Source: a virus (Duplodnaviria; Caudoviricetes). Taken from it: a stretch of DNA of 54,378 bases. The notes under the pieces are model-generated. The model was given only the letters and a program-made list of their open reading frames with translations. It searched no databases and was not told the DNA's origin. Positions 10,645 to 21,053 of this stretch are shown piece after piece. Where the stretch lies: IMG/VR virus record IMGVR_UViG_3300040985_000347, positions 1-54,378 of that record. One strand, 5' to 3'. A program made the translations under genes and the position numbers. How positions within the stretch are numbered: position 1 is the stretch's first letter; the number at the start of each line of letters is the position of its first letter.

Positions 10645-12018
10645 TTAGTATTTCATAACCCTTCCTATGAAGCCTCCTTTTTTCATATTCGTGTCTTGAG
10701 AAAGATCCATCATCTCCTGATTTCCACTAGGAGTAGGGGAGTATCCAGATCCTCCTTGTTCTTGCATAATTCTATTAATTAATTCTGCTTCTTTATCTGT
10801 TCTTGTAGGCATAGTTGGTCTAGGGGTATCTAGATCTTTTTGAGGACCATTAGTCATAAAGTTAATCCATTGCATTTGTTCTTCGTTAGACATGTTTTCA
10901 AAATCCATTCTAACTTTATCTTGCGCTTCTTGTGGTAATGATTCAACACCTAGTCCTCCAGAAAACTTTAACATACCCATCATTTGCTCAACAGTTCCTT
11001 GACTTTGCGGAGGCATTGGCCCCTGTGCTCCTTGCTCTTGTTGCATTGGCGGCATAGCTCTTTCTACTCCTTCTCCTGAATTTGACTCCATATCTAAAGG
11101 CATTATATTACTAGATGTATCTCCTTGATATTTATAAGCGCCCCCATACCTCATGACTCTTTGTCCTAACATTGCTGGATTATCCGACGGCACGCCTTGC
11201 ATACCTTGCATTGGTTGTAAAGAATTCATAACTCCACCTCTTTGCCCATACCCCATAGCTTCTTGATCTTCACTAGAAACAAAGGACCTGTAATCAGTTT
11301 GATCATTACTCCAAGTATTACTGTTGTTCCATGCGTCCTCTGGACTCTCTCCTCCCATCGACATCCCTTGTGCTATTCTATTACCTCTATTTACTTGGCC
11401 TCCTAACCAAGTAAGAGGTTGCGCTATATATTTATCCACCCAAGTCCTTTCATCAACTTCTCCTTGTACAAGTTGTCGCATTCCTCTCGCTCTTTTTATA
11501 GCAGGACCAACATCATCCCCTTCGCCTGAGTATACATGACCACCTGTGTTATATTTCATTTTACCTCCATATCCGTATTTCATTATACCTCCGTAGTGGC
11601 CACGATTGTTTTTATTATTCATATCTGTATTAGTTAAATTGTTATAAGCGCCCCCTCTTTGTGCGGGAGTTACTTGTATATCGCCTGATTGTCTTTTAGC
11701 TTTACTGTCTTGTTCTGCCGCTAACGCGTCGACTTGCGTTTGTGGTGCATTTGAGTTAATTAGCGAGTCAAACTCATCTGCATAGGAAGCACCTCCTCTT
11801 CTTTTTACATACTCTGAAAAAATAAAAGGCTGCCTACCTTGATTAGTATTAACCTCGCCTACAGACTCTCCACCTTCTACTTCAATCATTCCACCGTTTC
11901 TACCAATCTGCGTTTTAATTCCATTGTTAGCGTGTTTAGGTCCATAGAATTTACCAGAGCGCGGCCCTGTTTTCTTATAGCTTCCTTGTCCTATTATATT
12001 AAAATTTAATTTAGACAT
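10645..12018 (-). CDS. Putative cargo protein (457 aa), low-complexity Gly/Met/Gln-rich
   Basis: N-terminal GPKHANNGI...EVEGGE...FIFSE motif of the kind seen in Bacteroidota phage virion proteins, plus many YGG/RGG/KYQG motifs. Confidence 0.65.
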   Translation of the reverse strand: MSKLNFNIIGQGSYKKTGPRSGKFYGPKHANNGIKTQIGRNGGMIEVEGGESVGEVNTNQGRQPFIFSEYVKRRGGASYADEFDSLINSNAPQTQVDALAAEQDSKAKRQSGDIQVTPAQRGGAYNNLTNTDMNNKNNRGHYGGIMKYGYGGKMKYNTGGHVYSGEGDDVGPAIKRARGMRQLVQGEVDERTWVDKYIAQPLTWLGGQVNRGNRIAQGMSMGGESPEDAWNNSNTWSNDQTDYRSFVSSEDQEAMGYGQRGGVMNSLQPMQGMQGVPSDNPAMLGQRVMRYGGAYKYQGDTSSNIMPLDMESNSGEGVERAMPPMQQEQGAQGPMPPQSQGTVEQMMGMLKFSGGLGVESLPQEAQDKVRMDFENMSNEEQMQWINFMTNGPQKDLDTPRPTMPTRTDKEAELINRIMQEQGGSGYSPTPSGNQEMMDLSQDTNMKKGGFIGRVMKY

Positions 12019-12021
12019 ATT

Positions 12022-12951
12022 TTATGAGTATTTAGTGTTCCACCAGTTATACGATAAAGGTTGAGTACCTTGAATTGTATTCATCTTTCTTTGCCCTCTT
12101 TGAAACGCTAACACTTTATTGTCATATTGTTTTTTAAGAGCATCTTTTCTTTCTCCAGCTTTTTTAGCTGCTTTTTTACCAGCGCTTGTAGAAATTAAAG
12201 CAGCTGCAATTGCTGCCGGTATAGCTAATATAGGCCCTGCTCCAGGTATCATCATAGCCACCTGAAATGCTGTTGAACCCCAAGACATAGCATCTCCTGC
12301 CGCCTCATTATTTGTATAGGTAGTAGGATCTTTATCATCAGCTAAATATTTTGTAGCAGCCCCAACAACTCCAACCCCAGTTGCAAATCCAGATAAACCA
12401 GTCACAGCTTGTGAGTATTGACTACCTGCTAATTTATTACCCCAATTTGCCATCCCTTTACTAGCAGTCCACTCAGCATTCTTTGTAACTAGTTTTCCAT
12501 CTACAATTTGCATGCCTTTTGGTGCCGTACCTGACTTAAATAGAAGTTGATCTGCTTCGCTAAGTTTAGTTACATCAACAGCATTAAACTTAGGTGTTGG
12601 TTTAAAAGTGCTGCTAGATGAAGTATTCCACCATTTACCAGCATTCTCTGGATTATTTACCCCCCACAACTTTGTAGGGTCATTTAGATTTTCAGCAGTA
12701 GTCTTAAGGTTTTTGCCTTTGTATTGGTTAAATGCCCATAGCTGAGCTTTGTTTCCTATTCCCTTTCTTCGTTGATCTCCGTAAAAATCAAGTTGTGATT
12801 GTTGTTGGCCTGTAGTATTTAACGCCGTTATTTCGTTTTGATACCCTTGATTTAAAGAGTATAAATCGTCTGCTCTTTTACCAGTCCAATAAGAACTACG
12901 CTTTTGATTGGTCTTATCTAGTAAATTATTATATGAGAAAATCTCTGCCAT
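12022..12951 (-). CDS. Putative cargo/ejection protein with predicted transmembrane segments (309 aa)
   Basis: Hydrophobic segments GLSGFATGVGVVGAA and FQVAMMIPGAGPILAIPAAIAAALIS followed by a basic coiled coil; directly follows the tail stabilisation gene. Confidence 0.6.
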   Translation of the reverse strand: MAEIFSYNNLLDKTNQKRSSYWTGKRADDLYSLNQGYQNEITALNTTGQQQSQLDFYGDQRRKGIGNKAQLWAFNQYKGKNLKTTAENLNDPTKLWGVNNPENAGKWWNTSSSSTFKPTPKFNAVDVTKLSEADQLLFKSGTAPKGMQIVDGKLVTKNAEWTASKGMANWGNKLAGSQYSQAVTGLSGFATGVGVVGAATKYLADDKDPTTYTNNEAAGDAMSWGSTAFQVAMMIPGAGPILAIPAAIAAALISTSAGKKAAKKAGERKDALKKQYDNKVLAFQRGQRKMNTIQGTQPLSYNWWNTKYS

Positions 12952-15900
12952 TATCTATAACTTATTTTTTTATATGCATCTACCGAGTACAAAGATACAA
13001 AATTATTTTGTATATTATGATAATAATATCTAATTCCTAACCATTTATCTGTAAATTTACTTCTTTCGTGCCATTCTTTAGTGGTTGATAAGTAATCAGT
13101 GTTAAATCCAGGTAACCAATCTTCTTCATCCCCTGCCCCAATTGATGATGTGTCTGGCCATGTGCTAGGCTGAATATAGTTATTAACCATAGGCTCACTA
13201 GAAGGTGGTGAATTAAGTACAGAGTAATCTGCATCATCCCTAAAGCCATTGAAAACCCAAGATCTTTCTTTCCTTCTGCCATTAACTCCTTCTTCATAAG
13301 GAAGTAGTTGAGACAACTGTCTTGAATTGTAGATCTGAAAGAAAGATACTGGAGGAGTAAGAGGCTGATCTCTATAACCTCCTGTAACTACGTCTTGATG
13401 AGTAGCTACCCAGTTAATAGATTTATATGTTTTTGTTAACTCAGGACTTACATTATCAATGTAGTCTACCATAAACCCGTAATTTGTATTATAGAACCGC
13501 CCAGGAGTTTGGTTAATTATAGATGCTTGTGGAGGTTGATGCACCCACACTTTATTATTAAAATTAGTAGTACTATCAAAAGTTTCCCCTTCTATACTAT
13601 AAAACCTATTTAGCCCAGTTAAATAGTGTGCAGGTTTATAACTATGAAAAGATACCCATGCTTTAGTTTGAGGATCATATGATGCCGTCCACTCTCTATG
13701 TCGTTTAAAGTATTGTAACCATAAACTTCCAAGTCCCGCTTTTTTGAACCATCTTGTATTAGGATCATAATAAACACCAGACCAACTAGCGTCTGGGTTT
13801 TGCTTTAAATCTTTTTTAGTTAATATAAATCTTTTAAGAGAAGGGTCGTACGTAGCAATTATACCTATTCCTTTAATAGGATTATCATAATTATGCGGCA
13901 ATCCATACTGAGTTAACTCTGAGCCAGTTTGAAGATGCTCTGCAAAAAAATGTTTTAATCCATGTGCAGAAACTTCTTCAAGTTTTTCGCCCATTAAAAA
14001 TACTTTTCCTGCATCTTTGTCTGCAAAAAAGTATCCAAACTCAGAAGATATGGCTCCCCATTGACTACCGCTACCACCATAACCTCGATCAGTAAGTAGT
14101 ATTTCTGCAGGATCTTTTTCAAATAAATCTCCAGTACCAAGAAAAGCCTCAGAAGCGTCTGACACTTGTAAAGTTTCTTTACCTTTAGTAAGATACATTG
14201 CACGTTCCATATGCGGAACTACAACATTATTCCAAGATTTAACTTTCCACAGCTCACCTCTATGCCTAGGAAGATCTCTATAATCTTCAGGTAAGTAAAC
14301 CCTAAAATTATCTCTTAATCCTGACTGGTTATATTTAATACTTCTTATTATTCTGGTAGGAAAATCTGTAAAACTTTGTAAAGGCTCATCTTTATCAAAA
14401 GCCTGCACAAGCCTAGTCATGTTTAATTTATTAAAATCTAAATTATATGCAGCTAGTTTTTTAGTTGGGGCTTCATGATCCATTAGTAAAGAATGGCTAA
14501 TAGGATAAGACGGATAGTAAGCGGTACCATCTGAGTCAGTATGTCTCATATACGGATTATGTCTAGACTCAGTCATAAAAACATACCCTGAATAATCCCA
14601 AATCTTGTCATTATTTATAAGTCTTGTCGATGATGGTGCAAATAATTCATCATGACTAAACGGCGTCCCTCCTCCTAAGATATGTTGATAGTAGTTTGAA
14701 CCACCAGTTGGATTAGTAGTGTATCTAGATGATTTTCTATATCTGTCGTATGAATAATACCCAAGAAAAATATCTCCTCCCATGCAGATATTTCCAGTAC
14801 CCTCCCACGAAGCTAAAGAATTTGGATTGTGTATATATCCTAAACCTCCACCGGGGTCAATAATATTTTGTGCATATCCTGTATATACAAATTGAGTTTG
14901 GTTATTAAATCCTAAATGAACATTTAACTTTAACGAATAAAAATTAGCTTGATTATGATATATAGCTGTAGATTTATTTATCTGATTTGTTGTAGTTAAT
15001 AAGGATGTGTATGTATCAGTATGTATACTAGCATCATGAAACCAATTATCAAACTCCCAAGTATCATACATCTCGAATGCAAGACATTCAGTTCCATTTT
15101 GATTATCTACAGTATTAGTAAACCCAGAAGGCATCATAATAGCTCCTCCAGGTACACGAGACTTACCTCTAATAGCAAATGACCTATGATAGGGTGGAGA
15201 CCCTCCAATATTCACCTGATTATGTTTACAAAAATCATAACTCAAGTGCGTTTCATTTTGCCTGTTACCAAAAGTTACACCATCAGAAGATACTTGCCAA
15301 ATAGAAAATCCATCTCCAATTATTTGATACGCCGATGGTTCAATTTGCACCCAATCTATAGAAGCAATAGAATCTCCACTTAACATTGAGTCTAAAGGTA
15401 AGGCTGTAAAAAAGGGAGTAGGTACTTCATTTAACCCAGGTGTACCAGCAGTGCCCGTGTCATCTAGCCATTGATGAGGAAAGCATACCCATACAGACCC
15501 AAAGTTATCAAAATGTTTACCTCCATTTTCTCTACCTCCTTGTATTGGAGCGTAATCAACACAAACTTTTTCGTTTGTAGTTTTTTCTAAATAATATATT
15601 TTATAAGCAACAACTAAATCTATAATCTCTGCAGGTACTGGAACATCATTAATACGGATCCCTAGAGGATTAAGAGTTTGATGCGATTCTGGGTTACCAC
15701 TGGCAGCGTCTCCATGGAATCCGCTTTCAGCATAAGCGCCATCTGCAGGAAAATGATGATGCCTAACTAGTTCACCGTGCAGACCTGTAGATCCTGCAAC
15801 TTCCACAGAATTACCAGACCCATCTACAATCCATTCTTCAAAATTACCTGCATAATTACCATCTATATCTACATCCTGGGCTATAGTAGGATACGTTTCA

Positions 15901-17444
15901 GTTTGATTTTCCCAATAACCAAAACCTCTCATTCCATTATTGCTATAAATACTTCCAGCGGAAAAATCAGTAAAATAATATAGGCTTTGACCTCCTAAAT
16001 GTGGTATTTGACTTATCCAAGGATGATCAGTATTTGATGTTGTTTGTGTTACTGTATCAACTATATCATTCTCCATCATTCCTCCATCTGCATCCCACGT
16101 TCCATTTTCAAACCATTTCCACGTATTTTGAGCTCTTCTACCTGGTATATGATAAGCAACACTTTCTGTACCATCTTTCAACACCCAAGTAATATAGAAT
16201 GCATATACCTCTCCTCTTTTATATCCTTTTAATGTACTAGCATAGCGATTACCTTTTAAAGCAAACCTGTCCATAGGTATGTTAGTATCATATGGCAAGT
16301 GCCATATTGTTGTCGACCCAGTAGTTGAATCATGACTAGAGTTTACTTGAGCTTTGTGTATTTGTATACTATTTGCATATTTTTGATACCCAATATCAGT
16401 TCTATTTTTTTCTAAATTTCCCCAGTATAATACATCATCTACTTGCGCAACTGATTTTGCTTTAGTGTAAGCTTCTTTAGGAACTTGAACAGCACCTATT
16501 ATCTCTGATGCAGCTTGTTCTAATCCTGTAAAGTATACATATGTTAAACCTCCTACTAGAGTGTTGATGTGCACTTTGTCAATAGTAACTGCATCCTGAA
16601 TGTTGTCTATTACTCTTATAATACAAGGTTGAATAAATTTATAATCTAAATCTAACTGCCGCACAGACCATCTAATAGCTTTAGATGTTCCTATACCCCC
16701 TGCACCTCCATTATACACACCATCGTTTAAGAGGTTGGTAGATCCCCAAGAATTTACAGGCTCTGCCGCAGCAGCCTCATTCTCATCATTTATATATACA
16801 GGATTACCTATTTCTAAATATGAAGTTACAGCCCCATCTTCTGTCATATATGCAATAGCTAACTGATAAGTTCCTAATTTAAGAGCACCTCCATTAGACA
16901 GTATATTATCTAGTACTACAATAGGATATGATTTTATTTGAGGAAATAAATTAAAAAGATCTAAATTATATGGAGATACAGGCACATTACTAAGATTCAT
17001 ATATCTTGGAACATTATTATCATCCGTCCAATATATTGAAACTTCTCCTGTGGAGTTGATTTTATATTCTCCTTCTATAGGAAACCCATCATTAAAATTA
17101 AACTTCTCTGTTGATGTGGCGTCGTTTATAAGAACAGTATACACACCAGATAAACTTACTGTACCTATTTCAGAAACACTTCCTGATTTTTTAAAAGAAA
17201 ACAAAACAAACTTTGTTTGAGAGGCTAAATCATTCACAACTATTGAGCCGATAACTTCATAGTCAGCAGTAATTGAGCAGTAGGTTAGGTTCCCTGACTC
17301 ATTTGAAATAGCACCTATATCTCTGCCCGTAGTAGCATTTAGTGCATACCTATACGTACCAGGCAATTGATCTATAGGATTTAAATCTCTATTGATGCCT
17401 TGAATAAGTTTTTGCTGTTTGCTGCCTTGTTTCTTCTCTGCCAT
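12951..17444 (-). CDS. Tail stabilisation protein (P22 gp10-like; crAss muzzle-type), 1497 aa
   Basis: GINRD...PGTYRYALNA N-terminus, YWTDDNNVPRYMNL, GYKRGEVYAFYITW, and a C-terminal beta-propeller-like region with WVSFHSY; follows the tail tubular gene. Confidence 0.8.
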   Translation of the reverse strand: MAEKKQGSKQQKLIQGINRDLNPIDQLPGTYRYALNATTGRDIGAISNESGNLTYCSITADYEVIGSIVVNDLASQTKFVLFSFKKSGSVSEIGTVSLSGVYTVLINDATSTEKFNFNDGFPIEGEYKINSTGEVSIYWTDDNNVPRYMNLSNVPVSPYNLDLFNLFPQIKSYPIVVLDNILSNGGALKLGTYQLAIAYMTEDGAVTSYLEIGNPVYINDENEAAAAEPVNSWGSTNLLNDGVYNGGAGGIGTSKAIRWSVRQLDLDYKFIQPCIIRVIDNIQDAVTIDKVHINTLVGGLTYVYFTGLEQAASEIIGAVQVPKEAYTKAKSVAQVDDVLYWGNLEKNRTDIGYQKYANSIQIHKAQVNSSHDSTTGSTTIWHLPYDTNIPMDRFALKGNRYASTLKGYKRGEVYAFYITWVLKDGTESVAYHIPGRRAQNTWKWFENGTWDADGGMMENDIVDTVTQTTSNTDHPWISQIPHLGGQSLYYFTDFSAGSIYSNNGMRGFGYWENQTETYPTIAQDVDIDGNYAGNFEEWIVDGSGNSVEVAGSTGLHGELVRHHHFPADGAYAESGFHGDAASGNPESHQTLNPLGIRINDVPVPAEIIDLVVAYKIYYLEKTTNEKVCVDYAPIQGGRENGGKHFDNFGSVWVCFPHQWLDDTGTAGTPGLNEVPTPFFTALPLDSMLSGDSIASIDWVQIEPSAYQIIGDGFSIWQVSSDGVTFGNRQNETHLSYDFCKHNQVNIGGSPPYHRSFAIRGKSRVPGGAIMMPSGFTNTVDNQNGTECLAFEMYDTWEFDNWFHDASIHTDTYTSLLTTTNQINKSTAIYHNQANFYSLKLNVHLGFNNQTQFVYTGYAQNIIDPGGGLGYIHNPNSLASWEGTGNICMGGDIFLGYYSYDRYRKSSRYTTNPTGGSNYYQHILGGGTPFSHDELFAPSSTRLINNDKIWDYSGYVFMTESRHNPYMRHTDSDGTAYYPSYPISHSLLMDHEAPTKKLAAYNLDFNKLNMTRLVQAFDKDEPLQSFTDFPTRIIRSIKYNQSGLRDNFRVYLPEDYRDLPRHRGELWKVKSWNNVVVPHMERAMYLTKGKETLQVSDASEAFLGTGDLFEKDPAEILLTDRGYGGSGSQWGAISSEFGYFFADKDAGKVFLMGEKLEEVSAHGLKHFFAEHLQTGSELTQYGLPHNYDNPIKGIGIIATYDPSLKRFILTKKDLKQNPDASWSGVYYDPNTRWFKKAGLGSLWLQYFKRHREWTASYDPQTKAWVSFHSYKPAHYLTGLNRFYSIEGETFDSTTNFNNKVWVHQPPQASIINQTPGRFYNTNYGFMVDYIDNVSPELTKTYKSINWVATHQDVVTGGYRDQPLTPPVSFFQIYNSRQLSQLLPYEEGVNGRRKERSWVFNGFRDDADYSVLNSPPSSEPMVNNYIQPSTWPDTSSIGAGDEEDWLPGFNTDYLSTTKEWHERSKFTDKWLGIRYYYHNIQNNFVSLYSVDAYKKISYR
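12990..12997 (-). promoter_or_regulatory. Candidate Bacteroidota-type -7 promoter box (TATCTTTG) for the cargo genes, inside the 3' end of the stabilisation gene
   Basis: Matches TAnnTTTG followed by TA, like the two intergenic boxes; about 40 nt upstream of the ATG at 12951. Could be a chance match in AT-rich DNA. Confidence 0.4.
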
Positions 17445-17445
17445 A

Positions 17446-18318
17446 TTAGTCTCTTACTAAGTCTTCGCGTTTATTTATATCTCTAAAATTGTTATCAAAT
17501 CTATTCATATTAGGAACTAATCTAACCCACTGATTTAAGAAAGATTCATATCCTGCAATATCAGGGAAATTAGCATTATTTCTAGCTTGTGTACAATAGT
17601 ACTTCCATTGCCCTTCAGCAACTTGATATGTCATACCATTATGGTTGGGTGCGTACCCCCCTAATAATAGTTTTTTATATATATACCAAAACAAAGCTTC
17701 TGAAAAACTAATGTCATCTGGTATTAAAGGATAGCAATCTTCATCTAAAGGAAAGGCTGTGTAGCTTAAACATAGCTTCCCATCTTTAAAAGAGGTTTTA
17801 ATTAAATTATTTTCTATTACATAAGATTCTGAAAAATCAGAAAATTCATTATCACACCCTAAAGAGTGTATGTCTTTTCTAAATGTAGGTCTTCCATATG
17901 ATAAAGTTTTAAGATTGCTAGAATTTGTATCAGCAAAATATATACCACTAAGAATTGCTACTTGATTGTTTAAATCTCTTAACTCGTGATTTAAATCTTG
18001 ATTAGGGTTAACAGCTAAGCTATCATTAATTACTTTTATTTTAGCAAGAACAGAATCAAGCTCAGTTGTTGTATTAGGAGTTATACCAACATTAATAGAA
18101 ACTTGATTTACATAATATAAGTCAGCTGGCATAGCAACTTTATAATCAACTGCTGTTAAGATTGTATTCTTCGTAACTAGTTGAGGGCTTGCCCCTATAT
18201 GCTCTAAAGCTTCACCTATCCACTCAATAGCATCATCAGTCCAATTATCATTAGTAGGTTTTAAATCTCTAAATACTTTTCTAATTATTGTTTGAGAAGA
18301 CTTATTTTTATAAATCAT
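17446..18318 (-). CDS. Tail tubular / ring protein (P22 gp4-like)
   Basis: IEWIGEALEHIG, IKTSFKDG, DEDCYPLIPD and WKYYCTQARN motifs; lies between the IHF-like and stabilisation genes. Confidence 0.75.
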   Translation of the reverse strand: MIYKNKSSQTIIRKVFRDLKPTNDNWTDDAIEWIGEALEHIGASPQLVTKNTILTAVDYKVAMPADLYYVNQVSINVGITPNTTTELDSVLAKIKVINDSLAVNPNQDLNHELRDLNNQVAILSGIYFADTNSSNLKTLSYGRPTFRKDIHSLGCDNEFSDFSESYVIENNLIKTSFKDGKLCLSYTAFPLDEDCYPLIPDDISFSEALFWYIYKKLLLGGYAPNHNGMTYQVAEGQWKYYCTQARNNANFPDIAGYESFLNQWVRLVPNMNRFDNNFRDINKREDLVRD

Positions 18319-18320
18319 AT

Positions 18321-18797
18321 TTAATTCTTTTTAAATTTTAAATAAGCTAAATCATCTTGCTTAAGTAAATTTGTTAATTTTTCTTTATTACCTTTAACTC
18401 CTCTAGTGGGCACAAATTTATATACAGATTTATTGGGTATTTTACATTTACCTTTATTCCAAGTATATCTATAAAAATCTTTATCTGTATAGTAGATATG
18501 CCATTTAGTTCCTTTCTTAGTTGCATTGTCATATAACTCAACACCTTCTTCTAAAAGCTCTCTCTTATATGTATTAGACTCACCCCAATCTATAGTAGGT
18601 TTAGAGTTATTTCTTTCGACTCTTTTAATACTTATAGATGATAAGTTGTTCCCTAAATTAACTTTGTGTCCTTTTAATATATGCTCAATAACTTTAATAT
18701 TAAATTCAGAACATATAGCTCTAAACAATTTACTATCAAGCGGCTCACTTTTATTAGCTTTATAATCTTTATATATGTCGTCTAATAAATAAGTCAT
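18321..18797 (-). CDS. IHF/HU-like conserved crAss-like protein
   Basis: Basic protein with ILKGHKVNLGNNLSSISI and IDWGES...YKFVPTR; conserved position upstream of the tail tubular gene. Confidence 0.6.
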   Translation of the reverse strand: MTYLLDDIYKDYKANKSEPLDSKLFRAICSEFNIKVIEHILKGHKVNLGNNLSSISIKRVERNNSKPTIDWGESNTYKRELLEEGVELYDNATKKGTKWHIYYTDKDFYRYTWNKGKCKIPNKSVYKFVPTRGVKGNKEKLTNLLKQDDLAYLKFKKN

Positions 18798-19498
18798 TAT
18801 TGTTGTGATTTAGATTGTGGCGGTATTTGCCCTGGAGTATCTTGTGCTGCATCATTTGTAGTGTCACTACTTGTTACAGCAAGCATTTTCATCTCTCCAT
18901 TAAGTATTCCAGCAGTTAGCATTTGAAGCATATCCATTGGTAAAGGATATTCTGAGTTATCATCATAACACACTGCTCCGTCACAATTATTATATATATT
19001 TAATTTTTCAGGATCTTCAAAAATACCCCTTACATTAATCATACCATCTCCATCTGCATTATATAAATAAAGGTAGTTCTCTAAAATATACACTTTCTTT
19101 CTATCTGCGGTATATTTATCCCAAGGCAAGAACTTAACCATATGAGGCTCTACTATTTGATAACTTCCTAACCCTGTTATATCTCCTGCATATGTAATTG
19201 CGTCATTAAAATTTAATCTTATAAATTTAGGTAAAGGCATTTTAGTTCTGAATACATCACAACTAGTTTTGAGATTGCAACATTTAGAAGCATCTATCTT
19301 TTCTAATTCTAAACACTTTAAATCTTGCTCGACTCCATTAGAAACAAATCCGTGTTTAGCCATGTCTCTTCTAATCATCATAGCTCTATAATACTTTATA
19401 GTAAATTTAACTTGATCTAAGGAAATATGGTCATTGTGATTTGACCTACCTCCTCGATAAGTATTTAAAATATTGTATGCAATCTCATTTAATGTCAT
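18797..19498 (-). CDS. Conserved crAss-like structural (ring) protein
   Basis: MTLNEIAYNI...YYRAMMIRRD, QDLKCLELE and VRGIFEDP...YPLPMDM motifs; expected position next to the IHF-like gene. Confidence 0.65.
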   Translation of the reverse strand: MTLNEIAYNILNTYRGGRSNHNDHISLDQVKFTIKYYRAMMIRRDMAKHGFVSNGVEQDLKCLELEKIDASKCCNLKTSCDVFRTKMPLPKFIRLNFNDAITYAGDITGLGSYQIVEPHMVKFLPWDKYTADRKKVYILENYLYLYNADGDGMINVRGIFEDPEKLNIYNNCDGAVCYDDNSEYPLPMDMLQMLTAGILNGEMKMLAVTSSDTTNDAAQDTPGQIPPQSKSQQ

Positions 19499-19503
19499 AA
19501 TTT

Positions 19504-20634
19504 TTAAACGTTAGTTTGTAAATATCCTTCGTATCCGCGTAGTTTATTCCAAATATGTGCCTGTCCTGTACGTTTAGCCTCGTATCCCATCATTTTATGC
19601 CATTCATCATTACCACAAATAGAAGGAATAAATCTAACTTTAATTCCCCTGTACTCATTAACCATCTCTTTATGTAAGTGGCCACAATGAACTTCTCTGT
19701 GAGTAGTTTGCGCAAACATTTCAGGCTGCTCTGTAGCCATAATTAATGGCATCTCTGCTTTTTTCTCTTTATCTCCGTGCGTAAACATAATCATATTTGT
19801 CCCATATTTATAATATTTTCTAGAGTCATAATTATTATCTATTGTAACTCCTTCATCATTTATATAAAAAGCTCTTAAAAACTCTCCTGAATAAAACATT
19901 CTTTCGTAGTCATGATTACCTTGTATAACAATCACATCTACAGGAGCTGTTCTAGCTAAAAAGTTTATTGCTCGTACCATTAAATTACAATATCCAATAA
20001 ACGTTTCTTGCCATCCCGCGGAATCATGTTGAGATGTTCCTTTAGTAGTGGCTCTTGAGTACCCTTCTGAATTCATACCGTCATTACCTATAGGTAAAAG
20101 AATCCTTTCTATCTTCAAGCCTGATGCCTTATTCATAAGATCTTTTATAGTATCCATATAAACATTTTCAGCTTCATCTAAAGTTTGTCCATCTAGTTTT
20201 CCATAATGTATATCTGGTAAAGATATCTCATACACTATAGGGTCTTCTACTGGCTCATACTTTCTCTCAACTTTAGGACTATATTGTTTAAGAGTTTCCA
20301 GAATCTCTTCTTTAACCTCTTTCATTATATTGTCCTCTCCTTTTGTAACTACAGAAAACCTACTTTCACCTCCCATGTTTTGCCAGTATTTAACTGATTT
20401 AACATCTTCTTCTGATATACCGTTACTGTCTAAGAACTTTTTAAACTCAGTGATTTCAGATTTACTTACATTATCTAAATCAAAATCACTTCCCTTTGCT
20501 TCTATTCTACCTTCTTTTAGTGCGTGCCTGCATGCTTCAACACTGCAGTCTAAACGCTCAGAAAGACGTTCAGCACCTTCTTTAAGGTAGCCAGGCCTGT
20601 CTTTCAAAAAGGCCTTGATTTCATCTTTTGTCAT
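19504..20634 (-). CDS. Calcineurin-like metallophosphoesterase with N-terminal HTH-like extension
   Basis: Motifs PDIHYG, GND, GNHD, THGD and GHLH in canonical order. Confidence 0.85.
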   Translation of the reverse strand: MTKDEIKAFLKDRPGYLKEGAERLSERLDCSVEACRHALKEGRIEAKGSDFDLDNVSKSEITEFKKFLDSNGISEEDVKSVKYWQNMGGESRFSVVTKGEDNIMKEVKEEILETLKQYSPKVERKYEPVEDPIVYEISLPDIHYGKLDGQTLDEAENVYMDTIKDLMNKASGLKIERILLPIGNDGMNSEGYSRATTKGTSQHDSAGWQETFIGYCNLMVRAINFLARTAPVDVIVIQGNHDYERMFYSGEFLRAFYINDEGVTIDNNYDSRKYYKYGTNMIMFTHGDKEKKAEMPLIMATEQPEMFAQTTHREVHCGHLHKEMVNEYRGIKVRFIPSICGNDEWHKMMGYEAKRTGQAHIWNKLRGYEGYLQTNV

Positions 20635-20655
20635 ATATATATATTTAGTTAGTTA

Positions 20656-21048
20656 CTACTTTTTGGCTTTTTCAAGTGAGCGACCACCAAAGTATGCACC
20701 TATTACAGTTATCAATACTAATTGTAATAAATCTGTCCATTTTGCTTCGACCACAAAGTTAATAACTCCTGCGTCAATAAATATTAATAATACAGTACTT
20801 ATCACCAAAAATATTAACACTAATGGTCTTACATTCTTACTTAACCAAGAATCAGACTTCATGTCTGCCTCCCATCTTGAGCTTATTTCTTTTTCCATTT
20901 GAACTTCATAACTAGCTATAAGTTCTTTAATTTTTTGTTCAGCAGCTAACTTTTCTTCATCAGATGTGTGTAGACTATCTATAACTCCACCCACTCCTTT
21001 AACTAGCTCAGTAGCTCCTGTTGAAAATATTTTTCCTAATATACTCAT
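20656..21048 (-). CDS. Holin (3TM/GTA holin-like)
   Basis: RWEADMKSDSWLSKNVRP motif, two strong TM helices, and an AYFGGRSLEK C-terminus; close to the endolysin. Confidence 0.75.
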   Translation of the reverse strand: MSILGKIFSTGATELVKGVGGVIDSLHTSDEEKLAAEQKIKELIASYEVQMEKEISSRWEADMKSDSWLSKNVRPLVLIFLVISTVLLIFIDAGVINFVVEAKWTDLLQLVLITVIGAYFGGRSLEKAKK

Positions 21049-21053
21049 ATTTT

